A DNA stretch of 64,000 nt, taken from assembly GCA_000004695.1 (NCBI GenBank), contig CM000152.2, forward strand, positions 4,256,001 to 4,320,000, read 5' to 3'. The translations under genes were made by a program, and so were the position numbers. This document shows positions 12,223 to 28,895 of this stretch, one piece after another (within the stretch, counting starts at the first letter, position 1; each line of letters begins with the position of its first letter). The notes under the pieces were generated by a model. It made no database searches, was not told the DNA's origin, and was given only the letters and a program-made list of their open reading frames with translations. The stretch comes from Dictyostelium discoideum (taxonomy: Eukaryota).

Positions 12223-12999
12223 TTGTTGCACCACCCAAGAGAGCGAATAACTCTCAAACTAAACCAAGTCAAACCCAAATACGAAAACAAACAAAAATTA
12301 AAAGTAATCTATAGAAACATGATGGATATCAAATACAAGGGATGGAACAAACACCAGCCAACAACAGGTCAAAAACTGATTCAAAAGAACATTAATCACC
12401 CAATTCTACCATTTAGAGAAGCCAGATCAATCACAACTATCAAAGGAAGAGACTTAGCGTGGAGATATCTACTCAAGGCACTTCCAAAACACCATGGGGA
12501 GAATTGTCACTCATGTAAAGAAGAAGAGTCGTCTATGCACATCTTCTTCGAATGCAAATCAATAAAACAGAATATCGACTCAATCTATCAAAAGGTCTGT
12601 AAAGACTCCAACAACACTTACCACGGTCCATGGAGCGAAAAAGTTCTCGGAAAACTACTCACACCATTCTCATCAAATCTGATAGGAGCCATTATGGAAT
12701 CGATATGGTACAGAAGAAATCAAATAAAATTCAACGATAACACTACAATAATAACAGAGAACCAAATAATTCATAAAATCAAAAAAGCGAGAGATGCCGA
12801 ATGGGATAGAACAAGAAAGATAGTAGAAAAGCAACTACGTCAAGAACTAAGATGCACTGATAACCGAGAGTCAATCAATCGGACCGCATCAATAAAAAGA
12901 AGACTCGAAAAATTCAGCCACAACTGGAACTCGAAACTCATGACCATAAACATCCCGGAACACTTCATACCATACTGCTCATATAACACCAACTCATAA
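12223..12999 (+). pseudogene. Truncated retrotransposon ORF2 C-terminal segment (258 codons)
   Basis: The ORF has no upstream start, and the 5' truncation is typical of non-LTR copies. The CCHC-like motif is noted above. Confidence 0.55.
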
Positions 13000-13062
13000 A
13001 AAAAAAAAAAAAAAAAATTATAACAATAATAATAATAATAATAATATAATAATAATAATAAT

Positions 13063-13093
<31 letters not shown>

Positions 13094-13106
13094 TAAGAAT
13101 AACAAG

Positions 13107-13164
<58 letters not shown>

Positions 13165-13190
13165 AAACTCTCCTAGAACACACTCAAATT
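13000..13190 (+). repeat. A-rich / (AAT)n / oligo(A) tract following the ORF2 stop
   Basis: Direct read: a18, then (aat)n, then about a60. Confidence 0.85.
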
Positions 13191-13214
13191 GAGTGATGTT
13201 ATTACGATTTTTTT

Positions 13215-13420
13215 TAACCATCTCTTTTAGAGGCCCTGTAAAAATATTACAAATAAAATGAGATCTAGCATCTCAAGGAGATGCAACTAATAATTGTCTG
13301 ATTAAAAAAATAAAAAAACTAGATTGTTAACACTTACTTTATGAGGCCTAGTAAACTACAAATAAAATGGGACCTAGAATCTACAGGAGAGGCAACTAAA
13401 CATTTCACTATCCAATACAA
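13215..13420. repeat. Two ~100-bp tandem repeat units
   Basis: ttagaggccctgtaaaaatattacaaataaaatgagatctagcatctcaaggagatgcaactaa... is repeated as ttatgaggcctagtaaactacaaataaaatgggacctagaatctacaggagaggcaactaa... Confidence 0.7.
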
Positions 13421-13611
13421 AAAAGGTCGATTTTTAATTTGAATAATAAAATTTCATATTTGAAATGAAAGCGATAGTTGTTTCATTACAGTCACACTAG
13501 AAACAACTTCAATTAATTATTGGAATATAATTGTGTAAATATTTTATGTAAAAATTGATGTTTATGAAATGTTGGATTTAACTTATGTTTAGTTAATGAT
13601 TTAATAAGTTA

Positions 13612-13622
13612 GGAGTTGAACC
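13612..13622 (-). promoter_or_regulatory. Solo exB-like box with the copy-1 downstream flank but no adjacent tRNA
   Basis: ggagttgaacctgtgatctatcttat matches 12051..12076 (ggaattgaacctgtgatctatcttat). The expected tRNA position upstream is occupied by T-rich unrelated sequence. Confidence 0.4.
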
Positions 13623-13639
13623 TGTGATCTATCTTATTT

Positions 13640-14290
13640 TTTTTTTGATATAAATAAACTATTGTAGTATACAATTAGTATGTTATTTTTATTTATTTAT
13701 TTTAGGTTTTTTAGTTTTTGTGAATTTAAAATAGTATGTTATTTTAGATTAGGTAATTAATAATTAATTGGTGGTGTAATTGTTGGAATTGGTTCATTAG
13801 TGTTTATGCTCCATTCTTTTTTAAATTTTTTGATGGTTTCGGACCATTGGGTTTCTTTTTGAGTTTTTGTGAGGTTGTTTTTAATTGAGTATTGGTTAAA
13901 GTTCTTGAATATTCCAATCTTATTAGCTTGTGCCATTTTGATTTTAATATATCATAATCTAGTGTTGTGTTGTTTATTTGGTTGTTCTAATTATCAATTG
14001 ATTGAGTTATATTGATGTCAAATAATGATTTGCATAACCATATCCATATTTGGTGAATAACTAATGAGATTATGTTCCAATATGCATGTGTTCTGACTAG
14101 ATCAAGATTTGTGTTTATATAATTCCAGTTGAACCTGTATTTTTTATATTGTGCGTTTTCTGCAAAATGAAAATTAATATTGATAGTTGGATCTGGTTTA
14201 AATGCTTTGTTGTTTGTTTGTGGTTTATAGATGAGTGTGTATAATTTTGTTGTTTGGTTTTTTGTTAGTGACCAGTTTTTGATAGTGATC
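13640..14290. mobile_element. Second diverged copy of the tRNA-downstream retroelement fragment
   Basis: It is similar to 11600..12040 and ends in gatagtgatctatcttatactaaat(t)taaaatttcg, the same tRNA-downstream flank as copy 1. Confidence 0.3.
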
Positions 14291-14314
14291 TATCTTATAC
14301 TAAATTTAAAATTT

Positions 14315-14387
14315 CGCCCAAAGGGGGGCTCGAACCCCCGACCACAAGGTTAAAAGCCTTGCGCTCTACCGACTGAGCTATCTGGGC
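14315..14387 (-). tRNA. tRNA-Lys (anticodon UUU), copy 2. The mature sequence is identical to copy 1
   Basis: The same 73-nt sequence is present. The shared 3' flank is tgatctatcttatactaaat, but this copy has no exB. Confidence 0.92.
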
Positions 14388-14636
14388 ATATTTGAAAATT
14401 TTAATTTTTTTACAAAATCACATTGATTTTTAATGACAATCGAAAATTTAAAATTTTAAATAAAAATAAAACAAAAGCAATAGAAATCTTTTTTTTTTTA
14501 AAAACAATTCTATCAAGATTTGAATTGAAATTGATTGAGGTATTAACTTCATTCTAAACCTAAAAAAAAAACTTTTTTTTAAATTTTTTTTTTTTTTTAT
14601 TTTTCTATTTTTTTTTAGAAAACACATCGCACCACC

Positions 14637-15083
14637 ATGGACAAGTTATTTTTTTTTGTTTTTAGAAATAGTTTCATAAGGAGAAGAATATTTTATTATC
14701 TTCGATTTATAAACTGTCATTATTATAAAAGATATTTTTTAAAAAATGATATTTCAAATTTAGTAAGTTACCCATATATTAATGAAATTAATAGTTTAGA
14801 GATTTCATTCCAAACAGTTGAAGATGAAAATATATTCAATGCTTTGAACCTTTGCAATTTAAAAAAATTAAAAATCAACTCAACTTCATTTCAAAACTCT
14901 AGTATATTTCAATCACTTAATTCCCTCACAATTGTTCATCCAATAAATGAAAATATCTTAAAACAAAATTTTCTAATTCAATTTCAAAATTTAAAGAAAA
15001 TAAAATTTCACCCTTCATTTAACCAAATTTTAAAACAACAATCAAAAAACAACAATAACAATAATAATAATAACAATAATCCA

Positions 15084-15133
<50 letters not shown>

Positions 15134-16730
15134 TAATAATAATAATAATAAAAATAATAGTTATTATATTGAAATACCAAATTCAATAACTAGTATTCAA
15201 TTTTATGAATTTTCAATATCATTAGAATCATTAATAGGATTACCACCAAATTTAACAAAGTTAATAATTAAAAAAACAAAAGATTATTTAGATAGCCAAT
15301 ACTTTTATGAAAGTAAAATTAAAACTCTAGAACTAGGTGGTGAATTTAATAGTGAAATAAAGAAATTCTATTTACCAAAAGATTTGGTAAATTTAAAATT
15401 GAGTGATTCATTTAATCAACCCATTTCAAATGATTCATTACCAAGTTCATTAAAAACTTTAGAGATTGGTGATTTATTTAATCAAAAAATTAAAAAATTA
15501 CCAAATGGATTGGAATCATTAATATTGGGAAATTCATTTAATCAAACATTTCAAATTGGATCATTACCAGAGAGTTTAAAAGAATTGGTACTTAGTCCAT
15601 TTTATAATAAACCAATTAAAACTGAACTTTTTAACAATTTGAAATCATTAATTAAATTAACATTTAGTTCACCAACTCATACAAAAGGTTCAATTCTTAG
15701 TAGTGGTGGTGGTGGCGGTAGTGGTGGTAGTGGTGGTGGTAGTGGTACATTTAATTATCCTCCAAATTTAGAAGAACTTTATTTTTCAAATACTGATGAC
15801 AATTTAAGTGAAGGTAGTTTAAGATCATTCTTCTTTCCAAATAAAATTAATAATTTACCACCAATTGAAACTTGTAATACTTTGAAAAAGATATCACTTT
15901 GTTTATTAAGAACTTATTCACCAATTCCAAAATCAGTTAAAGTATTAGCACTATATGAACTAAGTTTTAAAATGTTTAATAAAAACCTTGGTTTACCACC
16001 GAGTCAAAAGGAGAAAATTAAATTCGATATACCAAAACATATTGAAACTTTAATCTTTCTATCATTAAATTTTCAAATTCATAGTGATAGTTTAAGAATT
16101 TCAAACCTTTGTTATCTAGAATTTGGTAGTTTTTTTAATTGTCCACTTCCAGAATCTGAATATTCTTATCCTCCATCACTAACTTCAATCATTTTACCAT
16201 GGGATTATAGTTGTAAAATCAATTATTTACCAAAGAATTTAAAAGAATTTTATTTCAGTAAAGATCCAATACCATTGAAACAATCATTAAGAATTGAATA
16301 TGCCTCTTCTTCGTCATCTCAAATTTCCTATAGGTATTCATTTGAAAATATTTTACCCCCATCATTACAAGTTTTATATTTACCATGGTTTCATAAATTT
16401 TCAATTGAATCAAATCAATTACCACAATCAATTACTAAATTAAGAATTTCTTCAAATTTTCAAAATCAAACAATTACTTTTAATAATTTACCAACAAATA
16501 TTAAATCATTAATTATTACTGGTAATCCAACAATTATTAATTTACCATCAACTTTAAATTCTTTAATAATTTATAATTCAAATTCAAATTTTATAAATCA
16601 ATTATTTAATCAATCATTTCAAAATGAAAATGAAAATGAAAATGAAAATAATTTAACAACAATTGGTAATAGTCTTTTATTAAATAATATTTTAGAAATT
16701 CATTCAGATGAAACTATAATTTTAAAATAA
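14637..16730 (+). CDS. FNIP-repeat-containing protein (Dictyostelium-expanded family)
   Basis: Many repeats of L(P/K)..L..L.(L/F)G..FNQP(I/L) (for example LPKDLVNLKLSDSFNQPISNDSLPSSLKTLEIGDLFNQKIKKLPNGLESLILGNSFNQTF) form the FNIP repeat. The N-terminus MDKLFFFVFRNSFIRRRIFYYL shares the family motif also seen in the 16791 and 45960 genes. Confidence 0.8.
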
Positions 16731-16790
16731 AAATAATTATTATTAAATAAAATAAAATAAAAAAAATAATAAAACTATTAAATATTTATT

Positions 16791-21032
<4,242 letters not shown>

Positions 21033-21761
21033 TCTTGTAATTGTTTGTTTTATAAAAATAAAAAAAAGAAAAAAAAAAAAAGTTGAAAAAAAAAAAAAAA
21101 AAAAAAAGTAAGAAATTACGGGAAAATTAAGTACTTTTTTTTTTTTGAAACTAATTTTTTGAAGATCGTAATAATAATAACAATATAATTATAGTTATAA
21201 TAAATAATAATTAATAATAACAAAAATATAAAAAGTATAAAAATAAAAAATGTTTATTTAAATTACATCCAAAATTTTCACTCATCAAACAAAAAAAAAA
21301 ATAAAAATAAAAAAAAACATTGATATCAATCAACAGGACTAAAACAAATAAATTTGGATAGGTTCGCTATCTATATTTTACCCTTTCTTTTATTAAAAGC
21401 TGTGTTTGTTGTTTCATTTGAATTTATGAAAATATTAATAATTTTTTCACTTTTTTTCGTTTTATTTTAAAAGTTTTTTTTAAAATTATTGAAATAAAAA
21501 TAAAATAAATAAATAATTATAATAAATAAAAAAAAATCATTGAATCACTAAATCAAAGAAAAATAAATTAAATTTAATTTAGTGATCAAAAACCAGGGTT
21601 TTGATCGTATTCATTGAAAAAAAAAAAAATAAAAAAAAAAGTAAAAAAATAAAAAAAAAATCCTCCAACTTTTCAAACAGCGCATTACCACCCATCAAAA
21701 AAATCTTTGAAATTGGGAATATGTTTTGTGTAAATATTGTTCTAAAAAAAATTTAAAAAAA

Positions 21762-21800
<39 letters not shown>

Positions 21801-22173
21801 AAAATAATTTTATTTTCGTAAAAAAACATTAATGGTTTTCCTTTTAAATTGTTATTTGAAATCATTTTTCACATGTGTAAAATAAAAATAAAAATAAAAA
21901 TAAGATAAATATTTAAACTAAAAAAAAAAAAAATTGGGTTATTTAAAAAATAAAAAAATAAAAAAAAATTTGAAGATCGATATATGTAAGGTGTATACAC
22001 TTGAAAAAAAGAGAGAAAAATACCCAAAAAAAAAAGAATTTTTACCACACAGGCACATAACCTTTTTTTTTTTTTTTTTACATACACACACACAAAAAAA
22101 AAATTTTTTTTTAAATTATTTTTATTTTTATTATTATTTATTAAATTTTTTTTAATCACTTTATTTTATTATA

Positions 22174-22206
<33 letters not shown>

Positions 22207-22354
22207 CACCACCAAATTCACTGAAAAAAAAAGTAATGATACCAATAATAAAAACAATAATAATAAATAATAATAAATTGATATAAAAAAATAAAATAAA
22301 AAAAATAAAAAAATAAAAAAATAAAAAAAAAAAATAAATAAAAATAAAAGGGAA

Positions 22355-23200
22355 ATGCCAAGTAAAGAATTTATTATTCCATTAATTTTATTATGTTTTT
22401 ATTCAGTAAATGGATTTGTAGCAGTAATATCATCATTGGTAGAATTATTTATACACAAAGCATCATGGAACTCAATCAAAATATTTTTTTATAGTCTATT
22501 AATTTTACAATGTTTATGTAGATGTATTATTATTGGTTGGGGAATGATCGAAACTGTTCAAGGTGGTGAATTTTATAGTAATTTTCCATCATTATTATTT
22601 ATTTCATATGCTGGTTTAGTCGCATTACAAATGTAAGATTAATAATTATAATTCCATATGCAATGGATTTAAACAATAAAATAAAAAAAAAAAAATAAAA
22701 AAAAAAAAAAATATTAACACACACACAAATAAATTAATTATTTATTTTTTTATTTTTTTTTTATTTTAATATTTTAGGATTCAATTTTTACCAAATGATA
22801 ATCAATATTTATTATTATCAGAAGGTAAAAAAAATAATCATAAAGTTAAAGTTGGAACCAACATTTTAATATTTTTTAATTTATTTATGTATTTTGGAAT
22901 GTTTTTATTATTTGGAATTGCAGAGAAACAAGTTGGAAATTCAACTAGTTTTAATCATCATGGTAATCATAATTCTACAACATCTACATCAACTGATGAA
23001 ATACCTTTGGTTTCAACAGAAGTTGGAGAATTATATCTTTTTGGTGACAAAGATCCAATTTATATTGTATTGGATTGTTTTTATTTTGTATGTTTATTAT
23101 TATTATTAATTTTTCATTCTTATGTTGGTTGGAAAACTTATAAAAGAAATAAAGATTTATTTGGTATAAAAGTAAGTTTTAAGAAAAAAAAAAAAAAAAT

Positions 23201-23236
<36 letters not shown>

Positions 23237-24707
23237 TATTGATTATTAATTTTAAAAAAAATAGTTAAATGTAATTCATTTAATTTTATTAATTTGTATA
23301 TTTATTAGATCATTATTAGTAATAATTGATCCATCATCACCAAATAATTCAATATTACATATTGATACAGAATCATGGTTAATTTATATTTATACTATAT
23401 CATATTATGTAGTTGGTGAGATTATACCGGGAATGTTGTTGATAGTGATTGAATTTCTATTACCATATCATAAAAGAAAAGATTTTATAAATATTGGTGG
23501 AGAATTATCAAGTTATCAAGATGTTTGGAAATCAGAGAATATTGCAATTCATGAATTGCTAGGAATGGGTGGTAGTGGTGCTATGGTGCATAAATGTACC
23601 GTAAAGAAAGGTCCATTACGTGGTGGTACTTTTGCAGTGAAAGTAATGAAAGATTGTACAAATGAAGATATTGAATCGTTAGAGAATGAAATTAGAGTCT
23701 ATGAAAAACTAAAGTCACCCTATATCGTCTCCTATCAAGGTTCAAGTAAAGTCGTTGGTTCAAGTGGTCAAATCTTTGAGATTCGACTATTCATGGAATA
23801 CATCCCACATACATTAGATAAATATCTATTAGCAAGGTCAGTTTGTGGTGATTCAAATGGTGGTGGTTCAAGTAGAAATTTAAAAAATTATTTTTTACAC
23901 ATGCAAGAATATCAATCTTCACCACAATCTTCAATTTCATATTATCAGAATAATAATAATAATAATAACAATTCACCATTAATACAACCACAACAACAAC
24001 AACAATATGTCTATCCATATTATTTTAGATATAGTCAAGTTGTTTGGTATTTATATCAAATTTCAATTGGTTTGGATAATTTACATGCAAATAAAATTGC
24101 TCATAGAGATTTAAAATCAAATAATATTTTTGTAACTTTATCAGAGAGTGAAGTTAAAATTTGTAAAATTGGTGATTTCGATATCTCTAGATCTTTTAAT
24201 AATCCAAAAGTTTTAAATGTTTTATCAAATCCAACAGCTTTACAACAACAAAAATTAAATAATTTCTTTCAATCAGCAACAACAACAACAACAACAGAAC
24301 AAACAACAGAGCCAATAGAGGTAGCAGCAACAACAACACCTCAAACAATTCATTCAGCATTTCAACATGATATTTTATCTTTTGGTTTTATTGTTTTAGA
24401 CTTTTTAACTTTATCAAACTATAGTTGTTTTGACTCAAAATTTGATACTTCAAACTACTATGATGATGATAAATTCAATAATAAATCAAATACAAAAATT
24501 AAAAAACCAGATTTACCAGATTATATAAAAAAAGATGAAAAACTTTGGGAACCTGTCATTCAACTTTATAAAAGTTGTACATCTGATGATCCAAATAAAC
24601 GACCTTCTTCACTTGGTGTTAAATTTCATTTAGCCAATCTTTATAAAGATATTATAGAGTCTGGCACTGAAGTTTGGTCAATTGAAAAAGATTCTTCAAG
24701 TAAATGA
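22355..24707 (+). CDS. Multi-pass (about 7 TM) membrane domain fused to a C-terminal Ser/Thr protein kinase domain. Exons 22355..22632, 22778..23171, 23265..24707
   Basis: Exons 1-2 encode about six hydrophobic helices (IIPLILLCFYSVNGFVAVISSLV, IKIFFYSLLILQCLCRCIIIGWGM, NFPSLLFISYAGLVALQMIQFL, NILIFFNLFMYFGMFLLFGIA, IYIVLDCFYFVCLLLLLIFHSYVGW). Exon 3 opens with another (LIYIYTISYYVVGEIIPGMLLIVIEFLL), then kinase subdomains GMGGSGAMV, FAVKVMK, HRDLKSNN and DFD. Splice sites (GTAAGA/GTAAGT donors, AG acceptors) keep one frame with no stops. Confidence 0.7.
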
Positions 24708-24769
24708 AAAATTAAAAAAAAAAAATAAAAATAAAAATAAAAATAAAAATAAAAATCTAAAAATAACCC

Positions 24770-24808
<39 letters not shown>

Positions 24809-25653
24809 ACCTCTGGTGAAAGTAATAATTAAATTTAATTTTATTTATTTATTTATTTCTTTTATTTTTTTTTTTATTAGAATATTTAAATCATGGATTT
24901 TGGTTTTTTTAAATTATTCATTCTCTTTATTATTTAAAACAAAATGACCAGGTAAAAGATCGGCCATGATCGGCCAAAAAAAAATATATATATTTTTTTT
25001 TATATATTTTATTTTAAATTTATAACTAATCCGGTATGAATTGGTGTATTATTTTTGACAAAAAATTCATATATATATATTTTTTTTTTTCTTTCTTTTT
25101 AATTAATTTGTAAATTTGAAGGATAGCCCTGGGAACAAAAAACTGAAATATTCCACTGCATGTCTGTTTGGGTTGAGATTTTGTATTCTTTTTAAAATTG
25201 AATGAATTAAGTGAGCCCTGATGTTTTACTCTTTTTTTATTTGGTAATTGTTTGTATTGGTTTATTAAATTTGGGAAAATATTTCTCTCTATGTTGTGTA
25301 TTCTGTGGATTTTTAAAAATCTTCTTTTATATTCTTTGATTTTTTTTTTTTTAATTATTATTATTATTATTATTAACTTCAATTGAAACTTTCATTTTGT
25401 TGTTTTAATTTTTTTAAAAAAAAAAAAAAAAAAATAGAAAACAATGAATTTAAAAAAAAAAAAATGTGTAAAATTTGGAGAGTAATTATTTATTTTTATT
25501 TTTAATTTTTAATTTTTTTTTTTTTTTTTTTTTACTTTTCTTTTTTTTTTTTTTTTTTCGTTGGTGATTTGGGATGTATAAAAATTTTATAAAAAAAAAA
25601 TTTTTTAGATATTTTTTTTTTATAAAATTTTTTTTTTTAATTTTTTTAAATTT

Positions 25654-25685
<32 letters not shown>

Positions 25686-26029
25686 ATTATATTTGGTGGC
25701 TTATTTTTTTTTTTTTATTTATTTTTTATTTATTTATTTTTTTTTATTATTATTATTTTTTTTTTATGTTTTTAATTTCAATTTTATTTATTAAAAATTA
25801 ACTCAAACATATTTTTTAAAAAAACTTGGAAAAAAAAAAATAAAAAAAACATTGTAAATCTATAACACAAACCACACACAAAAAAAAAAATAAAAAAAAA
25901 AAAGTCAAAAAGTCACAAGAAATAAATAAATAATCAATCTCATGTATATTCGTTAAAAAAAAAAATAAAATTAAAAGCTTAAAAATTAATTTCATAGTAG
26001 CAACAAAAAAAAAATAAAAAAATAAAAAA

Positions 26030-27583
26030 ATGGATAAAAATAATAATAATAATAATAGTAATGGGGGACATGAAAATTTATTTAAAGATCTTCAAAATCA
26101 AAAAAGAGTTCAAAATCCATCATTTAGTTCTGGTCAAAGTAGAACAGTGCCATCAATTTCTGCTCGTGGCGTGGCACCAATTAGCTCATCATCAAGTTCA
26201 TCATCTATTTCAACAACTAATAACACTACTACTACTACTACAAGTGGTACTGGTAGTACATCATCACCAGTATCAAAAGGTGTACCATTAATACCAATTG
26301 GTGCATCAAGATTTAAACAACAACCATCAACAGATGTTTGGAGATCAGCAAGAGGACAACAATTATCAGAATCACTTTGGTCGTCTTTTAAACAAGCATT
26401 GCAAAATTCTCAAAATTCTCAACAATCTTTATCACAATCTTTATCACAATCTCATTCAACAAATAGTGAGGTATGTATAAATATATATATATTTTTTAAA
26501 ATAATTTTAATTTTTACTAATTATTTTTATTAATTATTTTTTTTTTTTTTTTTTTAGATTAATAATATTTTATTGGAGTTTGTAAAACATTATAATTCAG
26601 AATATGATAAATGGAATGTTGAAATGGGAGTTGATTATGCTAATACAAAAGTATATGGAATTAAATTATATTGTACACCAGTATTAGATATCCAAACCAC
26701 ATTATATTTGACTAGACAACTTTGTTCTTATGTTTTAAATTTATCAAAGGCATTAACTGATGATAATTTGGATATACCAGATGGTTTACATTTCATATGT
26801 TTAATAAACATTTTATCAAGATCACCATTGAATTCAACATTATTACATCAAGAGAATGCATTGGCACATCCATTTCAAGCAGCACGTCTTGCATCTTATA
26901 AACTCTCTTCTTTTAGAGACAAAAATAATCCATCCTTTACAAAATGGTGGCCATACCTTAAAGTTTTATTAGCTAATTGTTGTCAAATTGCTACAAATTT
27001 CGTACATGATAAACAAAATTTATCTTTTAATTCTTTAAGGTATGGCAATGTAAATAATAATAATAATAGTAATAATAATAATAATATTGTAAATAGTACC
27101 AGTTTAAGTAGTGGTAGTTTACTTTCAAATGGTGGTGGTATTAGTACTAGTGAACCAGAGATTTCACCATCAACATCACCATTAACAGGTACAACTCCAA
27201 CATCACCATCAAGTTCTTGGTCATCATCTTCAATAACTAATCATCAAATTCAACATCAAATTTTAATGCAACAACAACAACAACAACAAGCTCAACAACA
27301 ACATACTCAACAATACTTTAATACGATTGGACAAAGTAGTAGTTATTCCTATACAAACGTTATCAATGGTGTTTCAACCAATAATAGTACAATAACAGCA
27401 ACAACTACAAGTAATTTCTTAATTCAACATATATTTAAACTTGGTACAATTTCAATTTTGATGGATTCTTTACAATTCTTTAATGATTTCTTTAAAACTC
27501 TTCAACCAAAAGATTCAGAAGATTCATTTAGATTATTGATTATTGATACATTAGGTATTTTAATTAGTGGTAATGGTGGTTTG

Positions 27584-27625
<42 letters not shown>

Positions 27626-28540
27626 GCAACATCAACAAATACAACACCAAATACAATAATTAATAATACAACAATAAATAACAGCGGTTTAACAAATAGT
27701 ATTAATAATAATAATGGTGGTAATAATAATTTAAATAAACTTAAAGAACCAGGTAACGAAATTAAAACAATTATAAATTGTATTGGTATGAAAGCGTATA
27801 TTAAAACAAGTAAAAAAGTAACATCATTACAAAACGAATTTCAATTTCAATTACATGTTATTAGGGTGATTAAAGAATTGATTTCAAATAATTTAAATAA
27901 TGCAAAATATTTTAATTCTCATAGAGGTTTTGAAAAAATTCAAGAGGTTATATTATGGGTAACTCAATGTTTTAAACCAACAGATTCACATACATTCACT
28001 GATGAAAGTTGTTTAGATTTTGATACTTCAATGCCTGCTCAAGAATTATCTGCCTTATTAATTGGTGCAACTTCTTCAAATTCTTCTAATAATCTACCAA
28101 ATTTAACAAATTCAATATCATCACCCTCACACTCATCCTCCTCCTCCTCCTCAACAACAACAAATATTAATAATAGTAATAATAATACAGCAACAGCAAC
28201 AACAACAACAAGTAATGTAATAATTCCACCAACAATGTATGATAGTTTAAATTCAGTTTTAAATTCATTAAAATATACGACTTATTCAGAGAAATCATCA
28301 TCACTTATAAAATCACCACCAATTATTGTTAAAAGAAGTAAAGTTGTACAACTTTCACAATTGTTTCAAGTTTTACATTCATTTTCTTTTACACTTGTAC
28401 CATTTTCAAAAATTCAAACTAATTCCTCCTCTTCTTCTGGTAATTTAAATTACAATATATATTCCTCCTCTTCAGCATCATTTATAAATAATAATAATAA
28501 TAATAATAACTGTAATATATCATCACCAACAAATCAATCT

Positions 28541-28616
<76 letters not shown>

Positions 28617-28858
28617 TTTTACCAAGATCAAATTCATCTTATTCAATATTTAGAAGAGGTGATAGTTTAAATACAATCATTGATATCAATCAAGATAATA
28701 ATAATAGTAATAGTAATAGTAATAATAGTAGTACACTTGATATTTTAAATAATAGTCAAGATACAATTGTAGATAATAATAATGGTAGTAATATTGATTT
28801 TGAAGCAACAATAACTACTAATACAACAACGGTCGTGACAGCAACCGTTAATTTAACA

Positions 28859-28895
<37 letters not shown>

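Larger units (their letters stand above)
12170..13610 (+). mobile_element. 5'-truncated TRE5-like non-LTR retrotransposon. It holds an ORF2 C-terminal fragment, an A-rich/oligo(A) tract and a 3' module with ~100-bp tandem repeats. It is inserted head-to-head about 50 bp upstream of tRNA-Lys(UUU)
   Basis: ORF 12223..12999 ends in the cysteine-rich motif HGENCHSCKEEESSMHIFFECKSIKQ, typical of non-LTR ORF2 C-termini. An A-rich tract follows at 13000..13190. Position and orientation match the known TRE5 rule: insertion roughly 48 bp upstream of tRNA genes with the 5' end facing the tRNA. Confidence 0.55.
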
